DNA of 62,544 nucleotides, from positions 1-62,544 of the forward strand of contig JBGAGQ010000035.1 in NCBI GenBank assembly GCA_044226625.1. The letters are read 5' to 3'. This document shows, one piece after another, positions 1 to 10,229 of the stretch. The DNA comes from Thermoanaerobaculia bacterium. GTDB lineage: Bacteria > Acidobacteriota > Thermoanaerobaculia > Multivoradales > UBA5704. Below the pieces are notes generated by a model, which searched no databases, was not told where the DNA came from, and worked only from the letters and a program-made list of their open reading frames with translations. A program made the translations under genes and the position numbers. Numbering within the stretch: position 1 is the stretch's first letter; every line of letters begins with the position of its first letter.

Positions 1-667
1 TCTTCCGCCCGAACTCGAACGCGTAGCGGATCGCCTTGCGGACTAGGCGCTGGCTGCCGAACTTGGAGATCGGCTTGATCCCGATGCCGCTGCCCGGGCG
101 GACGTTCTTGCCCGCCTTGGCGAGGAAATCGATCAGGGCGTTCGCCCCTTCGGAGTCGGCCGCCCACTCGATGCCGGAATAGACGTCCTCGATGTTCTCG
201 CGGAAGAGGACCATGTCCACCTTCTCGGGCTCGCGGACCGGCGACGGGACGCCGGTGAAATAGCGCACCGGGCGGACGCAAGCGTAGAGATCGAGGATCT
301 GGCGGAGGGCGACGTTCAGGCTCCGAATGCCGCCACCCACCGGCGTCGTGAGCGGTCCCTTGAGGGCCACCCGATAGTGACGGATCGCCTCGACGGTGTC
401 GTTCGGCAGCCATTCGTTCCGGGTGGTGAACGCCTTTTCGCCGGCGAGCACCTCGAACCAGGCGATCGAGCGGGATCCGCCGTAGGTCTTCGCGACCGCG
501 CCGTCGAGCACGGTGCGGGTCGCCTTCCAGATGTCCGGGCCAGTGCCGTCCCCTTCGATGAACGGGACGATCGGTCGATCGGGTACTTCCAAGCGGCCTT
601 CGGCCGCGTGCCACTGAATCTCGCCGCCATCGGCGGGCGGCGTCATGTCATTGTATCGGCGCTCCAC
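1..667 (-). CDS. icd: NADP-dependent isocitrate dehydrogenase (5' part; runs off window start)
   Basis: Manual translation from GTG 667 (SD GAAGGAGGG upstream): [19 protein letters not shown]...[19 protein letters not shown]...[37 protein letters not shown]...[14 protein letters not shown]; not in the ORF track because it is truncated. Confidence 0.95.
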   Translation of the reverse strand, partial: MERRYNDMTPPADGGEIQWHAAEGRLEVPDRPIVPFIEGDGTGPDIWKATRTVLDGAVAKTYGGSRSIAWFEVLAGEKAFTTRNEWLPNDTVEAIRHYRVALKGPLTTPVGGGIRSLNVALRQILDLYACVRPVRYFTGVPSPVREPEKVDMVLFRENIEDVYSGIEWAADSEGANALIDFLAKAGKNVRPGSGIGIKPISKFGSQRLVRKAIRYAFEFGRK

Positions 668-810
668 GAGCCCCTCCTTCGTGCACACAAACGGAATCTC
701 ACCGCGGAATGCGACGGACTGCCGGGCGGCAATCGGGCCTTTTGGGTCAGGCGTTCGGACTATAGCAGGCCGAGCCCCTCGGGCGTCCGGCCGGGCGTAG
801 AATGAAGCCC

Positions 811-1209
811 ATGCCGAACGTCGATTGGGAACCGCTCCTCCGCGCCGCCGAGGAAGCCCGCTGGCGCTCCTACTCCCCTTACAGCCGGTACGCGGTGGGC
901 GCGGCGCTCCTCATGGAAGACGGCTCGATCCAGGCCGCCGCGAACGTCGAGAACTCGATCCCCGCCCTCTCGATCTGCGCCGAGCGCAACGCCGTCTCCC
1001 GAGCGGTCAACGCCGGCCTCACCCGGCCCCAGGCCCTGGTCGTAGTGACGGAGTCCTCCCCTCCGGCCCGCCCCTGCGGCCTCTGCCGCCAAACCCTCGC
1101 CGAGTTCGCGGACGACCTGCCGATCCTGGTGGTCAATCCGGCGGGAGAGCGCGAAGAGACGACCCTCGGCGAGCTGCTCCCCGCGGCGTTCCATCTGGCG
1201 CCGCGGTAA
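811..1209 (+). CDS. cdd: Cytidine deaminase (homotetrameric type)
   Basis: YSPYS..VGAA, NVEN, CAE and PCGLCRQ zinc motifs; start 811 chosen because TAGAAT at 798-803 overlaps the alternative ATG at 802. Confidence 0.9.
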   Translation: MPNVDWEPLLRAAEEARWRSYSPYSRYAVGAALLMEDGSIQAAANVENSIPALSICAERNAVSRAVNAGLTRPQALVVVTESSPPARPCGLCRQTLAEFADDLPILVVNPAGEREETTLGELLPAAFHLAPR

Positions 1210-1337
1210 AGCGGCCCCACCTTCTCGCGTAGGCCGAACCACCCGGCCAGGCATTTCTGCATCTGCCAAGGTGATGCAATCTGGTCGCGAGGCGTGGTTT
1301 GGGTCTCGCCATCTCTCCGCCGCGCCGGGAGGTTGCG

Positions 1338-3287
1338 ATGCGATCGCGAGCGCTTCTCTCCTTCTTCACCGGTCTCACGCTCGGTGTAACTCCCGCGCTG
1401 CTGGTCGGCCAAGGAAAACCGATCGGACAGCCTTTTTCAGTCTGCCAACATCGCGACCTCCCCGGGCGGTACGGATGCGCTCTTTCGAGCGTCAAGGCTC
1501 TCTCGACCGGCCGATTCGTCATCGGAACCGAGAGCGACGAGAGATTCCATTACCACGGCGACGACGAAATACGCACATATGACTACTGCGGGGTCGGCAT
1601 CTTCGACTCGGTCGGCCGACCGGTCGAGGTATATGACCTCGAAAGTCACTCGCTCGAATCCGGGAGGTACGGGCTCGGTCCAGCCGTGGCTCCTAACGGT
1701 GCCGGTGGCTTCGTCGCCTCCTGGGTGATGGGCGATTCACCCGACAGCTACATCCGAGCGCTCCGCTTTCTCGGAGCGGACGCCACACCCGAGCAGGACG
1801 AAGGTTGGTACGTCGGCCACGCCCCTTATCCGGGCGACGACGCTTGCGTCGGGGCGGCCGACGTTGCCACCAACGCCGCGGGACAATTCGTGATCGGTTG
1901 GCGAGAGCGCCCCTGTTCGGGGTGGACTCGGACGATCGCCGTTCGCGCGTACGGTACGGCAGGGCGACCGGTCACCTCCTACTTGAGGATCGAGCCGGAG
2001 TATCCATTGCCCGACTCTCCCTTCCCCGTGATGATGGACGGCCATGGAAGATTCATCGTCCTCTGGGAGGAATCCCTCTCTTCGACCGGACAAGCCTCGA
2101 GAATTCGCGGCCAGCGCTACGGTCGGGACGGCCGGCTTCTCGGAACGAGGTTCTCGGTCGGCGGCGAAGGAACTCGCCTCGCGGGCACGGCGATGCTGGC
2201 TGATGGGTCCTTCGTGGTTGGTTGGAACGAGAATCGGATAGCCGGTCCGCAGCCTTCCATTGGCTGGTTCAACTCGTCAGGGCTCCTCGACGGTGCCCCG
2301 CTCGAAGTGGCTGGGGGAGAAAGGCTCCTCGACCTCAGCCTCGACGGGCACGGCAATCTCGCGTTGCTCTCCTCGACGGGCAATAGCCTCCACCTGCGCC
2401 TGTTGAACCGATCGCTCGTGCCCCAAGGGGATCCGATCGATCTGCCGGAGGAATTCACGTCAGTAAACGCCGGTGTCGCGATGCAAGCTTCTGGGCGCCT
2501 TCTCGTCGCAGGCCGAGGAGACGTCGAATATCCCGATCCCGAGATCACGGTCTGGCCGGTCTACGGCCAGGTCCTCCAAGCCCGTCACGACGCGGACGCC
2601 TGCTCGTACCGGAGCGATGGATTCGCTTGTGACACGGCAGGCGACGGTGCCGGTCCAGAACAGGTAATCGCATTCCGAGCGCTCGGAATCCCCTTTCTTG
2701 CCGACTGGGATGGCGACGGTCGCGACGATCCGTGCAATTACCGCGGGGGCCGCTTCGCCTGCGATACGGCGCACGACGGCGGTTCCGCCGAGGCGGAGAT
2801 CCCCGCGATCGGACGTGCCGGCGATCGCCCGCTCCTCGGTGACCTCGACGGCGACGGGAAAGCCGACCCGTGCGTGCGGCGCGACGCGTCGTTCCTCTGC
2901 GACCTTGCTCGCGACGGCGGAGCCAAAGACCTGAAGATCGACTTCGGCCTGACGAACGATCTCGCCCTGCTCGGCGACCCGGATGGCGATGGGCGAGACG
3001 ACCCGTGCGTCTACCGCACCGGCCGCTTCCTTTGCGACACCGCGCACGACGGCGGGACGGCAGAGACAATTCTGAGCCTTCGGCGCCCAGTACCCGGCCA
3101 ACCCGCGGGGACTCCTCTCCTCGGCGATCTCGACGGCGACGGCCGCGACGAGGCTTGCTTCGCGACGCCATCGCAGCGCATCTGCGGCTTCTTCCATCTC
3201 GGGGGAGGGCAACCCTACCGAGTCGAGCGCCTCGCGTTCGGACAGGCTGGCGACGTACCGCTGATGGGTGACCTGGACGCCTTCTGA
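1338..3287 (+). CDS. Secreted beta-propeller protein with C-terminal Cys-containing FG-GAP-like (GDxDGDG) repeats
   Basis: SD GGAGG before ATG 1338; signal-like N-terminus; repeated PLLGDLDGDGxDDPC..R..F.CD units. Confidence 0.75.
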   Translation: MRSRALLSFFTGLTLGVTPALLVGQGKPIGQPFSVCQHRDLPGRYGCALSSVKALSTGRFVIGTESDERFHYHGDDEIRTYDYCGVGIFDSVGRPVEVYDLESHSLESGRYGLGPAVAPNGAGGFVASWVMGDSPDSYIRALRFLGADATPEQDEGWYVGHAPYPGDDACVGAADVATNAAGQFVIGWRERPCSGWTRTIAVRAYGTAGRPVTSYLRIEPEYPLPDSPFPVMMDGHGRFIVLWEESLSSTGQASRIRGQRYGRDGRLLGTRFSVGGEGTRLAGTAMLADGSFVVGWNENRIAGPQPSIGWFNSSGLLDGAPLEVAGGERLLDLSLDGHGNLALLSSTGNSLHLRLLNRSLVPQGDPIDLPEEFTSVNAGVAMQASGRLLVAGRGDVEYPDPEITVWPVYGQVLQARHDADACSYRSDGFACDTAGDGAGPEQVIAFRALGIPFLADWDGDGRDDPCNYRGGRFACDTAHDGGSAEAEIPAIGRAGDRPLLGDLDGDGKADPCVRRDASFLCDLARDGGAKDLKIDFGLTNDLALLGDPDGDGRDDPCVYRTGRFLCDTAHDGGTAETILSLRRPVPGQPAGTPLLGDLDGDGRDEACFATPSQRICGFFHLGGGQPYRVERLAFGQAGDVPLMGDLDAF

Positions 3288-3311
3288 ACCGGCAAAGGCC
3301 AACGACCCGCT

Positions 3312-3995
3312 CTAAGCCGTGAGCGCCGCCGCAAGCTCCCAGGCATTCTCGGGTCGTAGATCCGCCGCCAGAATCTTCCGCTCCTCCTCGCTCGCGAAGC
3401 CCCATTCGCAAAAAGCGAAGCGGCAGCCTGCGGCGGTCGCGGTCTCGGCGTCGAAGCGGCTGTCACCGACCAGGAGGAGGCTTTCGACCGGCACGCCGAA
3501 AAGGCCCGCGAGGTGGATGAGACCTGCCGGATCGGGTTTGCGTGTCGGAAGCGTGTCTCCTCCCACAACGGCGCGGAAGTGGGAGGCGAGGCCGAGACCT
3601 TCAAGGATATGGCGCGAAATGGCTTCGCCTTTGTTGGTGAGCACCGCGAGCGGATAACGAGGAGCGAGGTTGGCGAGTAGCTCGGAGATGCCCGGGTAGG
3701 AAACGGTCTCGTCCAGACAGACGTCCCGATAGAAGCCCCGGTAAGCGGAAAAAGCAGCTTCGAAGCGATTCACCGGAAAATCCGGACCGAGCGCGCGGGA
3801 GACCAGCAGCCGCGCGCCCTCGCCGACCATGCCGGTCACCTCGTCGAGGGCCAGGGGCGCCATGCCCAGCTCGCGGCGCAAGCGGTTGACCGCCGTCGCG
3901 AGATCGCGCCGCGAGTCGATCAATGTGCCGTCGAGGTCGAACACGATCGCCCCAGGCGACCACGCCGTTCCTTCTCGGCCAGTGCGTCCCGTCAT
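3312..3995 (-). CDS. HAD-superfamily hydrolase, phosphoglycolate phosphatase-like
   Basis: FDLDGTLIDS motif I, LTNK, RKPDP, VGDS..D. Confidence 0.88.
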   Translation of the reverse strand: MTGRTGREGTAWSPGAIVFDLDGTLIDSRRDLATAVNRLRRELGMAPLALDEVTGMVGEGARLLVSRALGPDFPVNRFEAAFSAYRGFYRDVCLDETVSYPGISELLANLAPRYPLAVLTNKGEAISRHILEGLGLASHFRAVVGGDTLPTRKPDPAGLIHLAGLFGVPVESLLLVGDSRFDAETATAAGCRFAFCEWGFASEEERKILAADLRPENAWELAAALTA

Positions 3996-4036
3996 CCCTT
4001 CTTACCCGGACGCTTTTGCTTCTTTCTTTCGATCTC

Positions 4037-4921
4037 TCACGCCTCGATGAACTCGGCTACCACGTGCTTCGGCAGCAAGCCGGCCTCGAAGCCCCGATCG
4101 AGCAGGAGTTGGACCGCTTTCTTTCCCGCGTCGCCGTAGGAGCGGGTCCATTCGTTCACGTACATGCCGACGAATTTGTCCGAGCGGGCGAGATCGTCTT
4201 CGAGCCCCCGGGCGTAGCGGATCGCGTAGCCGAGCGCCTCGCCGCGATGGTCGAGGCCGTATTCGATGCTCTCGGTGAGCAGGCGGCAGAGGCGGCGCTT
4301 CAGATCCTCCGGCAGCTCGCGGCGGATACCGTTGCAACCGAGCGGCAGCGGCAGGCCCGTCTCTCCCTTCCACCAGGCGCCGAGGTCGACGACCGAGCGG
4401 AGTCCCTGCTCCTGGAACGTGAGCTGTCCCTCGTGGATCACCACCCCCGCGACCGCTTCGCCCGCGGCGACGACGTCGAGGATGCGGTCGAACGGCACGA
4501 TCGTGGTCTCCAGATTCGGCTGCCAGAGCCGGAGCGCGAGGTGCGCCGTGGTGAGCTGTCCGGGGATGGCGATGGTCCGCCCCGCGAGATCCTCGCGGGT
4601 CAGATCGTCGCGGGTGACGACGATCGGGCCGTAGCCGTCCCCGAAGCTCGCCCCCGAGGGCATGATCTGGTAGCGGTCGGCCAGGTGGGCATAGCCGTGG
4701 AACGACAGCGCGGTGATCTCGTAGCGCCCTTCGAACGCGGCCTGGTTCAAGGTCTCGATGTCTTGCAGGACGTGCGAGATCTCGAGGCCGGATACGTCGA
4801 GGAGGCCCTGCGTGAGGGCGTAGAACATGAACGCGTCGTCCGAGTCCGGACTGTGCGCGATGCGGATCTGGGTTCCTTTGGGGGTCGGTGCGGAATTCGG
4901 GGCGATAGCTGTCTCGGTCAT
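4037..4921 (-). CDS. mqnD: Menaquinone (futalosine pathway) protein, 1,4-dihydroxy-6-naphthoate synthase-like
   Basis: AHSPDSDDAFMFYAL, DIETLN, IHEGQL, DLGAWW..TGLPLPLG, MYVNE. Confidence 0.85.
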   Translation of the reverse strand: MTETAIAPNSAPTPKGTQIRIAHSPDSDDAFMFYALTQGLLDVSGLEISHVLQDIETLNQAAFEGRYEITALSFHGYAHLADRYQIMPSGASFGDGYGPIVVTRDDLTREDLAGRTIAIPGQLTTAHLALRLWQPNLETTIVPFDRILDVVAAGEAVAGVVIHEGQLTFQEQGLRSVVDLGAWWKGETGLPLPLGCNGIRRELPEDLKRRLCRLLTESIEYGLDHRGEALGYAIRYARGLEDDLARSDKFVGMYVNEWTRSYGDAGKKAVQLLLDRGFEAGLLPKHVVAEFIEA

Positions 4922-4982
4922 GGCCGCGGAAGGGTATCAGAGGGGGCCTCGAAGCGAAGAGTCCCGGGCCCGTTCGGCCCGA

Positions 4983-5909
4983 TCAACCCAGATCCAGGTC
5001 CACGTCCCTTTCGAGCCGCGCGAGCATCGCCTTGTCCTCGCGCCAGTTCGGCTCGAGGCGGACTTCGAGGTCGAGGTAGACCTTCTGTCCCAGGTACTCC
5101 TCGAGGTCGAGCCTCGACGCGGTGCCGATCTCTTTGATCTTCGCGCCTCCGCGGCCGATCAGGATCGACTTCTGGCCCGGTTTCTCGACCAACAGGGTGG
5201 CCCAGATCTTCACCAGACCGGGCTTTCCGGGCGGGTTCGACTCCTCGTCCTCCCAACGCTCGAGCAGGACCGCGGTCGAGAACGGCAGCTCCTCGCGCGT
5301 CTGCTCGAGCACCTTCTCGCGGATCCGCTCGGCGACCAGGAAGCGCTCGGGGTGGATCGTGAGCAGCTCGGGGTCGTACACGGCTTCACCCTCCTCGAGC
5401 GCTCCCCAGAGCACCTCGAGCAGGCGGTCGCAACCGTCGCCGGTTCGCGCGGAGATCGGGATCACTTCGCGGAAAGTGGACCCGTCGCCATAGGAGGCGT
5501 ACTTGCCGATCTTCGGCAGGAGCGTCTTCTTCTCCACCCGGTCGATCTTGTTGAGCAGGAGGATCTTCGGGCTCTCGGCCTTGGCCACCAGGTCCAGCAT
5601 GTAGGCGTCGCCCTTGCCGAACGGCTCGCTCGCGTCGACCAGCAGGCAGATCAGATCCGCGTCGTTCAAGGCGTCGAGCGCATGGCCCACCATCTGCCGG
5701 TTCAACCGATGGAGCGGCCGGTGGATCCCCGGGGTGTCGTGGAACACGATCTGCCCGCGGTCCTCCGAAAGGATGCCCACGATCCGATGCCGCGTCGTCT
5801 GCGGCTTGTCCGAGACGATCGCGACCTTCTCTCCGAGCAGCCGATTGAGCAGCGTCGATTTGCCGGCGTTCGGCCGGCCGACCAGGGCGACGGTTCCGGT
5901 TTTGGCCAT
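4983..5909 (-). CDS. era: GTPase Era
   Basis: GRPNAGKSTLLN, KPQTTR, DTPG, NKID, C-terminal KH domain (REELPFS, IGRGG..IKEIG). Confidence 0.97.
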   Translation of the reverse strand: MAKTGTVALVGRPNAGKSTLLNRLLGEKVAIVSDKPQTTRHRIVGILSEDRGQIVFHDTPGIHRPLHRLNRQMVGHALDALNDADLICLLVDASEPFGKGDAYMLDLVAKAESPKILLLNKIDRVEKKTLLPKIGKYASYGDGSTFREVIPISARTGDGCDRLLEVLWGALEEGEAVYDPELLTIHPERFLVAERIREKVLEQTREELPFSTAVLLERWEDEESNPPGKPGLVKIWATLLVEKPGQKSILIGRGGAKIKEIGTASRLDLEEYLGQKVYLDLEVRLEPNWREDKAMLARLERDVDLDLG

Positions 5910-5918
5910 CGGGCGTCC

Positions 5919-7214
5919 TCAGCCTTCCTCGTCGGTCCCGAGCAGCGTGGGCGCCGACAGCGCTTCGACCACGATCGATTGGATCCGCCGTTCGTCCATC
6001 GACTCGACGGTGAAACGAAGGTCCCCTTGCTCGACCGTGTCGCCGACCTTCGGCACCCGCCCGAGCACCGAGAGGACCAGCCCGCCCACGGTCTCGACCT
6101 CGGCGTCGTCGAGGTCGACGTCGAACATCTCCTCGAGCAGATCCAGGCGCGCCTTGCCGTCGAGCCGATAGCGGCCGGGGCCGAGCGGTTCGACTTCGGC
6201 GACCAGCGCTTCGTGCTCGTCGGCGATCTCGCCCACGATCTCCTCGACCAGGTCCTCCACGGTGACCATGCCCGCCGTGCCGCCATGCTCGTCGACGACG
6301 ATCGCGACCTGCTGGAACCGCCGCTGCAGCTCGCGCAGCAGCTCGTCGAGCGGCTTGGTCTCCGGAACCAGCAGAGGGGGTTTGATCAGCGCGCGCGCGG
6401 AGCCCTGCGCCCCCGTGGACGGCGTCGACCGCAGCGCCCGCAGCAGGTCGCGAATGTGCAGCACCCCCTCGATCTTGTCGATCGAGCCGTCGTAGAGCGG
6501 GATGCGCGAATGGCCGGACTCGACGAAGCGGTCGGCAAGCGCCTCGATCGGCGCGTCGACCGACGCGCACACCATGTCGATGCGCGGCGTCATCACGCTC
6601 TTGGCCTGGCGGTTGGGAAAATCGACGACGTTCCAAACCCACTCGCCCGCCTCGGCTTCGAGGATGCCCTCGCTCTTGCCGACGTCGATGAACGCTTCGA
6701 TCTCCTCGTCGGAGACGTCCCCTTCCTCGCTCTCGTCGTCCTTGTCGCGCCGCACCAGCGCCTCCGCCGGCACCCACATCGACACCAGGGCGATCGGCGG
6801 CAGGAACAGCGGATAGAGAGCGCGGTAGGCGCGGGTGAGGACCGCGAGCGCCCGCTCCGGCGCGCGGGCGACGAACAGGCGGTTCGCCGTCTCGGTCGCG
6901 GCCAGCTCGACGATCACGAGCCCGAGGGCGATCCAGCCGGCCGCCGGCAGACCGAGCCCCGCGGCCAGCCGCCAAAGGGTGAGGAACAGGCCGATCGGCG
7001 CGAGCCGCGCGAGCAGCGAAAGGAGCGAGCGATAGATGCCGAATCGCAGCCGCGATTCGTAGAGGGCACGGAGGTTGCCCCCCGCCTCTTCGGCCCAATG
7101 GGAGAGCCGGATCGGCCCGCTCCGCTCGAGCAACGCCGACAGGACCGACAGGAGCACCGCGAGCGGCAGCGCGGCCCCGGCGAGCCACGCCCAGAGGGTG
7201 GGAAACTCGTTCAT
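5919..7214 (-). CDS. HlyC/CorC-family CBS-domain membrane protein
   Basis: N-terminal TM helices, VMTPRIDM, HSRIPLY, VVDEHGGTAGMVTVEDLVEEIVGEI, CorC C-domain; ATG 7214 overlaps ybeY stop. Confidence 0.9.
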   Translation of the reverse strand: MNEFPTLWAWLAGAALPLAVLLSVLSALLERSGPIRLSHWAEEAGGNLRALYESRLRFGIYRSLLSLLARLAPIGLFLTLWRLAAGLGLPAAGWIALGLVIVELAATETANRLFVARAPERALAVLTRAYRALYPLFLPPIALVSMWVPAEALVRRDKDDESEEGDVSDEEIEAFIDVGKSEGILEAEAGEWVWNVVDFPNRQAKSVMTPRIDMVCASVDAPIEALADRFVESGHSRIPLYDGSIDKIEGVLHIRDLLRALRSTPSTGAQGSARALIKPPLLVPETKPLDELLRELQRRFQQVAIVVDEHGGTAGMVTVEDLVEEIVGEIADEHEALVAEVEPLGPGRYRLDGKARLDLLEEMFDVDLDDAEVETVGGLVLSVLGRVPKVGDTVEQGDLRFTVESMDERRIQSIVVEALSAPTLLGTDEEG

Positions 7215-7654
7215 CGCTCGCTCGTGAGCAGCCTTTTGCGCAGGCGTCGTTCCAGGCGCTCCATCTCGCCGTCGTCGGTCTCGTGGTCGTACCCCGCGCA
7301 ATGGAGCACGCCGTGGAGCAGCAGGATCTCCACCTCGCGCTCCGTCGAGTGCCCCGCACGCTCCGCCTGTTCGCGCGCCCGCGGGACCGAAATCAGGACG
7401 TCGCCCAGATGGCCGTCTCCCTCGTCGCCCGGAAACGACAGCACGTCGGTCGCGTAGTCCTTGCCGCGGTACTCGCGGTTCGCCCGGCGCAGCTCGCGGT
7501 CCCCGGCGAAACGGACGCCCAGGCTCGCGGCATCCGGCGCCACCTCGTCGAGCACGCGCGCGAGCCACGGGCGGAGCCGCCGGACCGACGCCTCCGGATA
7601 GCGACTCGAGTTGAGGATCGCGATCTCGCGCTCGGGCTCCGCGGCTCGGCTCAT
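7211..7654 (-). CDS. ybeY: rRNA maturation endoribonuclease YbeY
   Basis: NREYRGKDYATDVLSF, LGDVLIS, HGVLHCAGYDH. Confidence 0.95.
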   Translation of the reverse strand: MSRAAEPEREIAILNSSRYPEASVRRLRPWLARVLDEVAPDAASLGVRFAGDRELRRANREYRGKDYATDVLSFPGDEGDGHLGDVLISVPRAREQAERAGHSTEREVEILLLHGVLHCAGYDHETDDGEMERLERRLRKRLLTSER

Positions 7655-7670
7655 CGCCCGCTCCGTCGCG

Positions 7671-8666
7671 TCACGGCCGCGGCGCCTCCGAGCTTTCCCC
7701 CGGCGGCTCGGGCCGCGCGGTGCGCTGCTGCTCGAAGGTCTCGTAGGCGGAGACGATCTTCTGGACCAGGGGGTGGCGGACCACGTCGCGCTTGTCGAAG
7801 AAGAAGAACTTGATCCCCTCCACCCGTTCGAGCACCGTCTGCGCCTCGCGCAGACCCGAGGTGTTGCCACGCGGCAGGTCGATCTGCGTGACGTCGCCGT
7901 TGATCACCGCTTTCGATCCGTAGCCGATGCGGGTGAGGAACATCTTCATCTGCTCGGTCGTGGTGTTCTGCGCCTCGTCCAGGATGATGAAGCTCTCGTT
8001 GAGCGTCCGGCCGCGCATGAAGGCGATCGGCGCCACTTCGATGATTCCGCGCTCCAGCATCCGGCCGACCTTCTCGAAGCCGATGATGTCGTAGAGCGCG
8101 TCGTAGAGCGGCCGCAGATAGGGGTTCACCTTCTCGACCAGGTCGCCCGGGAGGAAGCCGAGCTTCTCCCCCGCTTCGACCGCCGGCCGCGCCAGGACGA
8201 TCCGCTTGACCCGCTTTTCGAGCAGGCTCGCCGCGGCCATGGCGGTGGCGAGATAGGTCTTGCCGGTCCCGGCGGGACCGATCGAGATGACCAGATCGTG
8301 CTCGACCATCGCCTTCAAATAGAGCTGCTGGCGGTAGGTCCTAGGGGCCACCATGCGCCGCACCACCGCGAGCAGCCCCTCGGGCAGAAAGAAATCGACC
8401 AGCGAGGTCTCGGGAGCCTCGGCCGCGACGCGGATCGCGGTCACGATCTCGCCGGGGCGGAACCGGTACCCGCGCTCAAGGACGAGGGTGAGCTCCGCGA
8501 TCAGCCGCTCGACTCTCGCGACCGCGTCGGGCTCGCCGTCGATGCGCAGCTCGGTTCCGCGGGCGGCCACGGAGACGCCGAAGGTCGACTCGAGCCGCCG
8601 CAGGTTGTCGCCCTGAATGCCGAACAGTTCGTCGAGCCCTTGGTCGGCAAGGGTCATCTGTGCCAT
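7671..8666 (-). CDS. phoH: PhoH-family ATPase (YbeZ-like)
   Basis: C-terminal part of the 1444-aa track ORF: GPAGTGKTYLA, RPAVEAGEKLGFLPG, FMRGRTL, DEAQN, GDVTQIDLP. Confidence 0.93.
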   Translation of the reverse strand: MAQMTLADQGLDELFGIQGDNLRRLESTFGVSVAARGTELRIDGEPDAVARVERLIAELTLVLERGYRFRPGEIVTAIRVAAEAPETSLVDFFLPEGLLAVVRRMVAPRTYRQQLYLKAMVEHDLVISIGPAGTGKTYLATAMAAASLLEKRVKRIVLARPAVEAGEKLGFLPGDLVEKVNPYLRPLYDALYDIIGFEKVGRMLERGIIEVAPIAFMRGRTLNESFIILDEAQNTTTEQMKMFLTRIGYGSKAVINGDVTQIDLPRGNTSGLREAQTVLERVEGIKFFFFDKRDVVRHPLVQKIVSAYETFEQQRTARPEPPGESSEAPRP

Positions 8667-8884
8667 CGGTGGATTTCCAATTCTATGAAGCGGGCCGCCG
8701 GGGCGCGGGGCGTCCCGAGGGGAGACCTTTCGGTTGGACGTTCGGAGATCGCACGGTCTCGGGAGCACCGCGACCGACCCGTGGCGACGCGGACGGACCG
8801 GACCTCGGCGCCGGAAGTCTAGCAAATCCGCGAGAGCGGAGGCCGAACAGGCCGGGAGACCCGAGGACCGGCGACCGGTTCGGG

Positions 8885-9679
8885 CTAGGCGCCGTCGGGC
8901 TCGGCCTTCTCGCGCCGACGCACCACCAGGGCCGCGGCGCCCACGCCGAGCAGGTAAAGACCGATGCCGGGGAGCATGAAAACCATCATGTTCACGATGT
9001 CCGGCGTCGGCGTGAGGATCGCCGCCGCGATCGCGATCAGGACCACCGCGTGCCGGAAGTACTTCATCAGCGTCCGCGGCTTGACGATGCCGATCCAGGC
9101 GGCGAGGAAGATCACGATCGGCAGCTCGAACATCAGCCCGAGGCCGAGGATGACGGTGAGCAGGAAGCCCGAGTAGCGCTCGATCGTGATCACCGGCATG
9201 AACTGCTGCCCCATCTGCAGCAGGAAGCGCACCGCGTTCGGAAACGCCACGTAATAGCCGAACGCCCCGCCGGAGACGAAGAACACGGTCCCGAAGAAGA
9301 TGAACGGGATCGCGAAGCGCTTCTCCTTGCGGTAGAGCGCGGGCGAGATGAAGCTCCACAGCTGGTAGATCAGGAACGGCGCGGCGAGGAAGACCGCGGC
9401 GAGCGCCGCGACCTTGAAATAGAGGATGAACGGGTCCGTGACCCCGAGGAACGCGAGCTTGGTGCCGGCGGGCAGGAGTTTCTGGATCGGCGCCGCCAGG
9501 AAGGCGAAAATCTTCTCGACGTAAAACCAGCAGGGGGCGAACGCCGCCGAGACGATGAGCAGCGAGTAGAGGATCCGCTTGCGCAGCTCCTCCAGGTGGG
9601 AGAGGAGCGACATCCGCGGCAGGTCTTCCGGCGAGGGGGCGGCGGGGACCGCCGCCAGGCGTTTCGCTTCGCGAGCCAT
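8885..9679 (-). CDS. tatC: Twin-arginine translocase TatC
   Basis: MSLLSHLEELRKR, YQLWSFISPALYRKEK, FELP, TPTPD. Confidence 0.96.
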   Translation of the reverse strand: MAREAKRLAAVPAAPSPEDLPRMSLLSHLEELRKRILYSLLIVSAAFAPCWFYVEKIFAFLAAPIQKLLPAGTKLAFLGVTDPFILYFKVAALAAVFLAAPFLIYQLWSFISPALYRKEKRFAIPFIFFGTVFFVSGGAFGYYVAFPNAVRFLLQMGQQFMPVITIERYSGFLLTVILGLGLMFELPIVIFLAAWIGIVKPRTLMKYFRHAVVLIAIAAAILTPTPDIVNMMVFMLPGIGLYLLGVGAAALVVRRREKAEPDGA

Positions 9680-9706
9680 TTCGAGGTCCGAAAGGGATAT
9701 GAGCCG

Positions 9707-10150
9707 TCAGCTCGGCTCGATCCGGTCGGCGGCGGGCGCGACGGAAGGAGCGGTGGGCTGGGAGCCCGTAGCGCTCGGGCCTTCCGCGTCGTCCGGTTGG
9801 GGGTCCGCGTACGCCATGTCGACCAGATCGACGGGCGGGCCGTCCGGCACGTTTGGATCTTCCCAAGCGGGGCGCCGCGCGAGCGCCCCTTCCGGCGGGG
9901 TGCGCGCTTCGGGCGCCGCGGAGTCCGGTTCGGGAATCGTCACCCGGCGCGGAAACTGGGTGGGACGCGGCTCCTCCTCCAGCGCGAGCTCGGCATTGAT
10001 CGTCCGTTGGATCTCGGACGAAGCGCGACGGAACTCGGCGAGCCCCTTGCCCACGGTCCGGCCGATCTCCGGCAGACGCTTCGGGCCGAAGATCAGCAGC
10101 GCCAGCACGAGGATGAAGATGATTTCGGGTACTCCGAGCGATCCGAGCAT
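9707..10150 (-). CDS. TatA/TatB-family translocase subunit
   Basis: MLGSLGVPEIIFILVLALLIFGPKRLPEIGRTVGKGL plus long Pro/acidic tail; SD GAAGG; directly upstream of tatC. Confidence 0.9.
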   Translation of the reverse strand: MLGSLGVPEIIFILVLALLIFGPKRLPEIGRTVGKGLAEFRRASSEIQRTINAELALEEEPRPTQFPRRVTIPEPDSAAPEARTPPEGALARRPAWEDPNVPDGPPVDLVDMAYADPQPDDAEGPSATGSQPTAPSVAPAADRIEPS

Positions 10151-10229
10151 GGCGATCCTTCCGGTCCGATGATTGGCTCGCGCGACGGTGGAAGTCAAGC
10201 GGGCCGGGCGCTGATATGATCCTCCGGCT

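Noticed and set aside
4827-7457. Long plus-strand ORF (876 aa) and similar antisense ORFs throughout the window
   Set aside because: Shadows of real opposite-strand genes, with Arg/Ala/Pro-rich non-protein-like composition and no motifs
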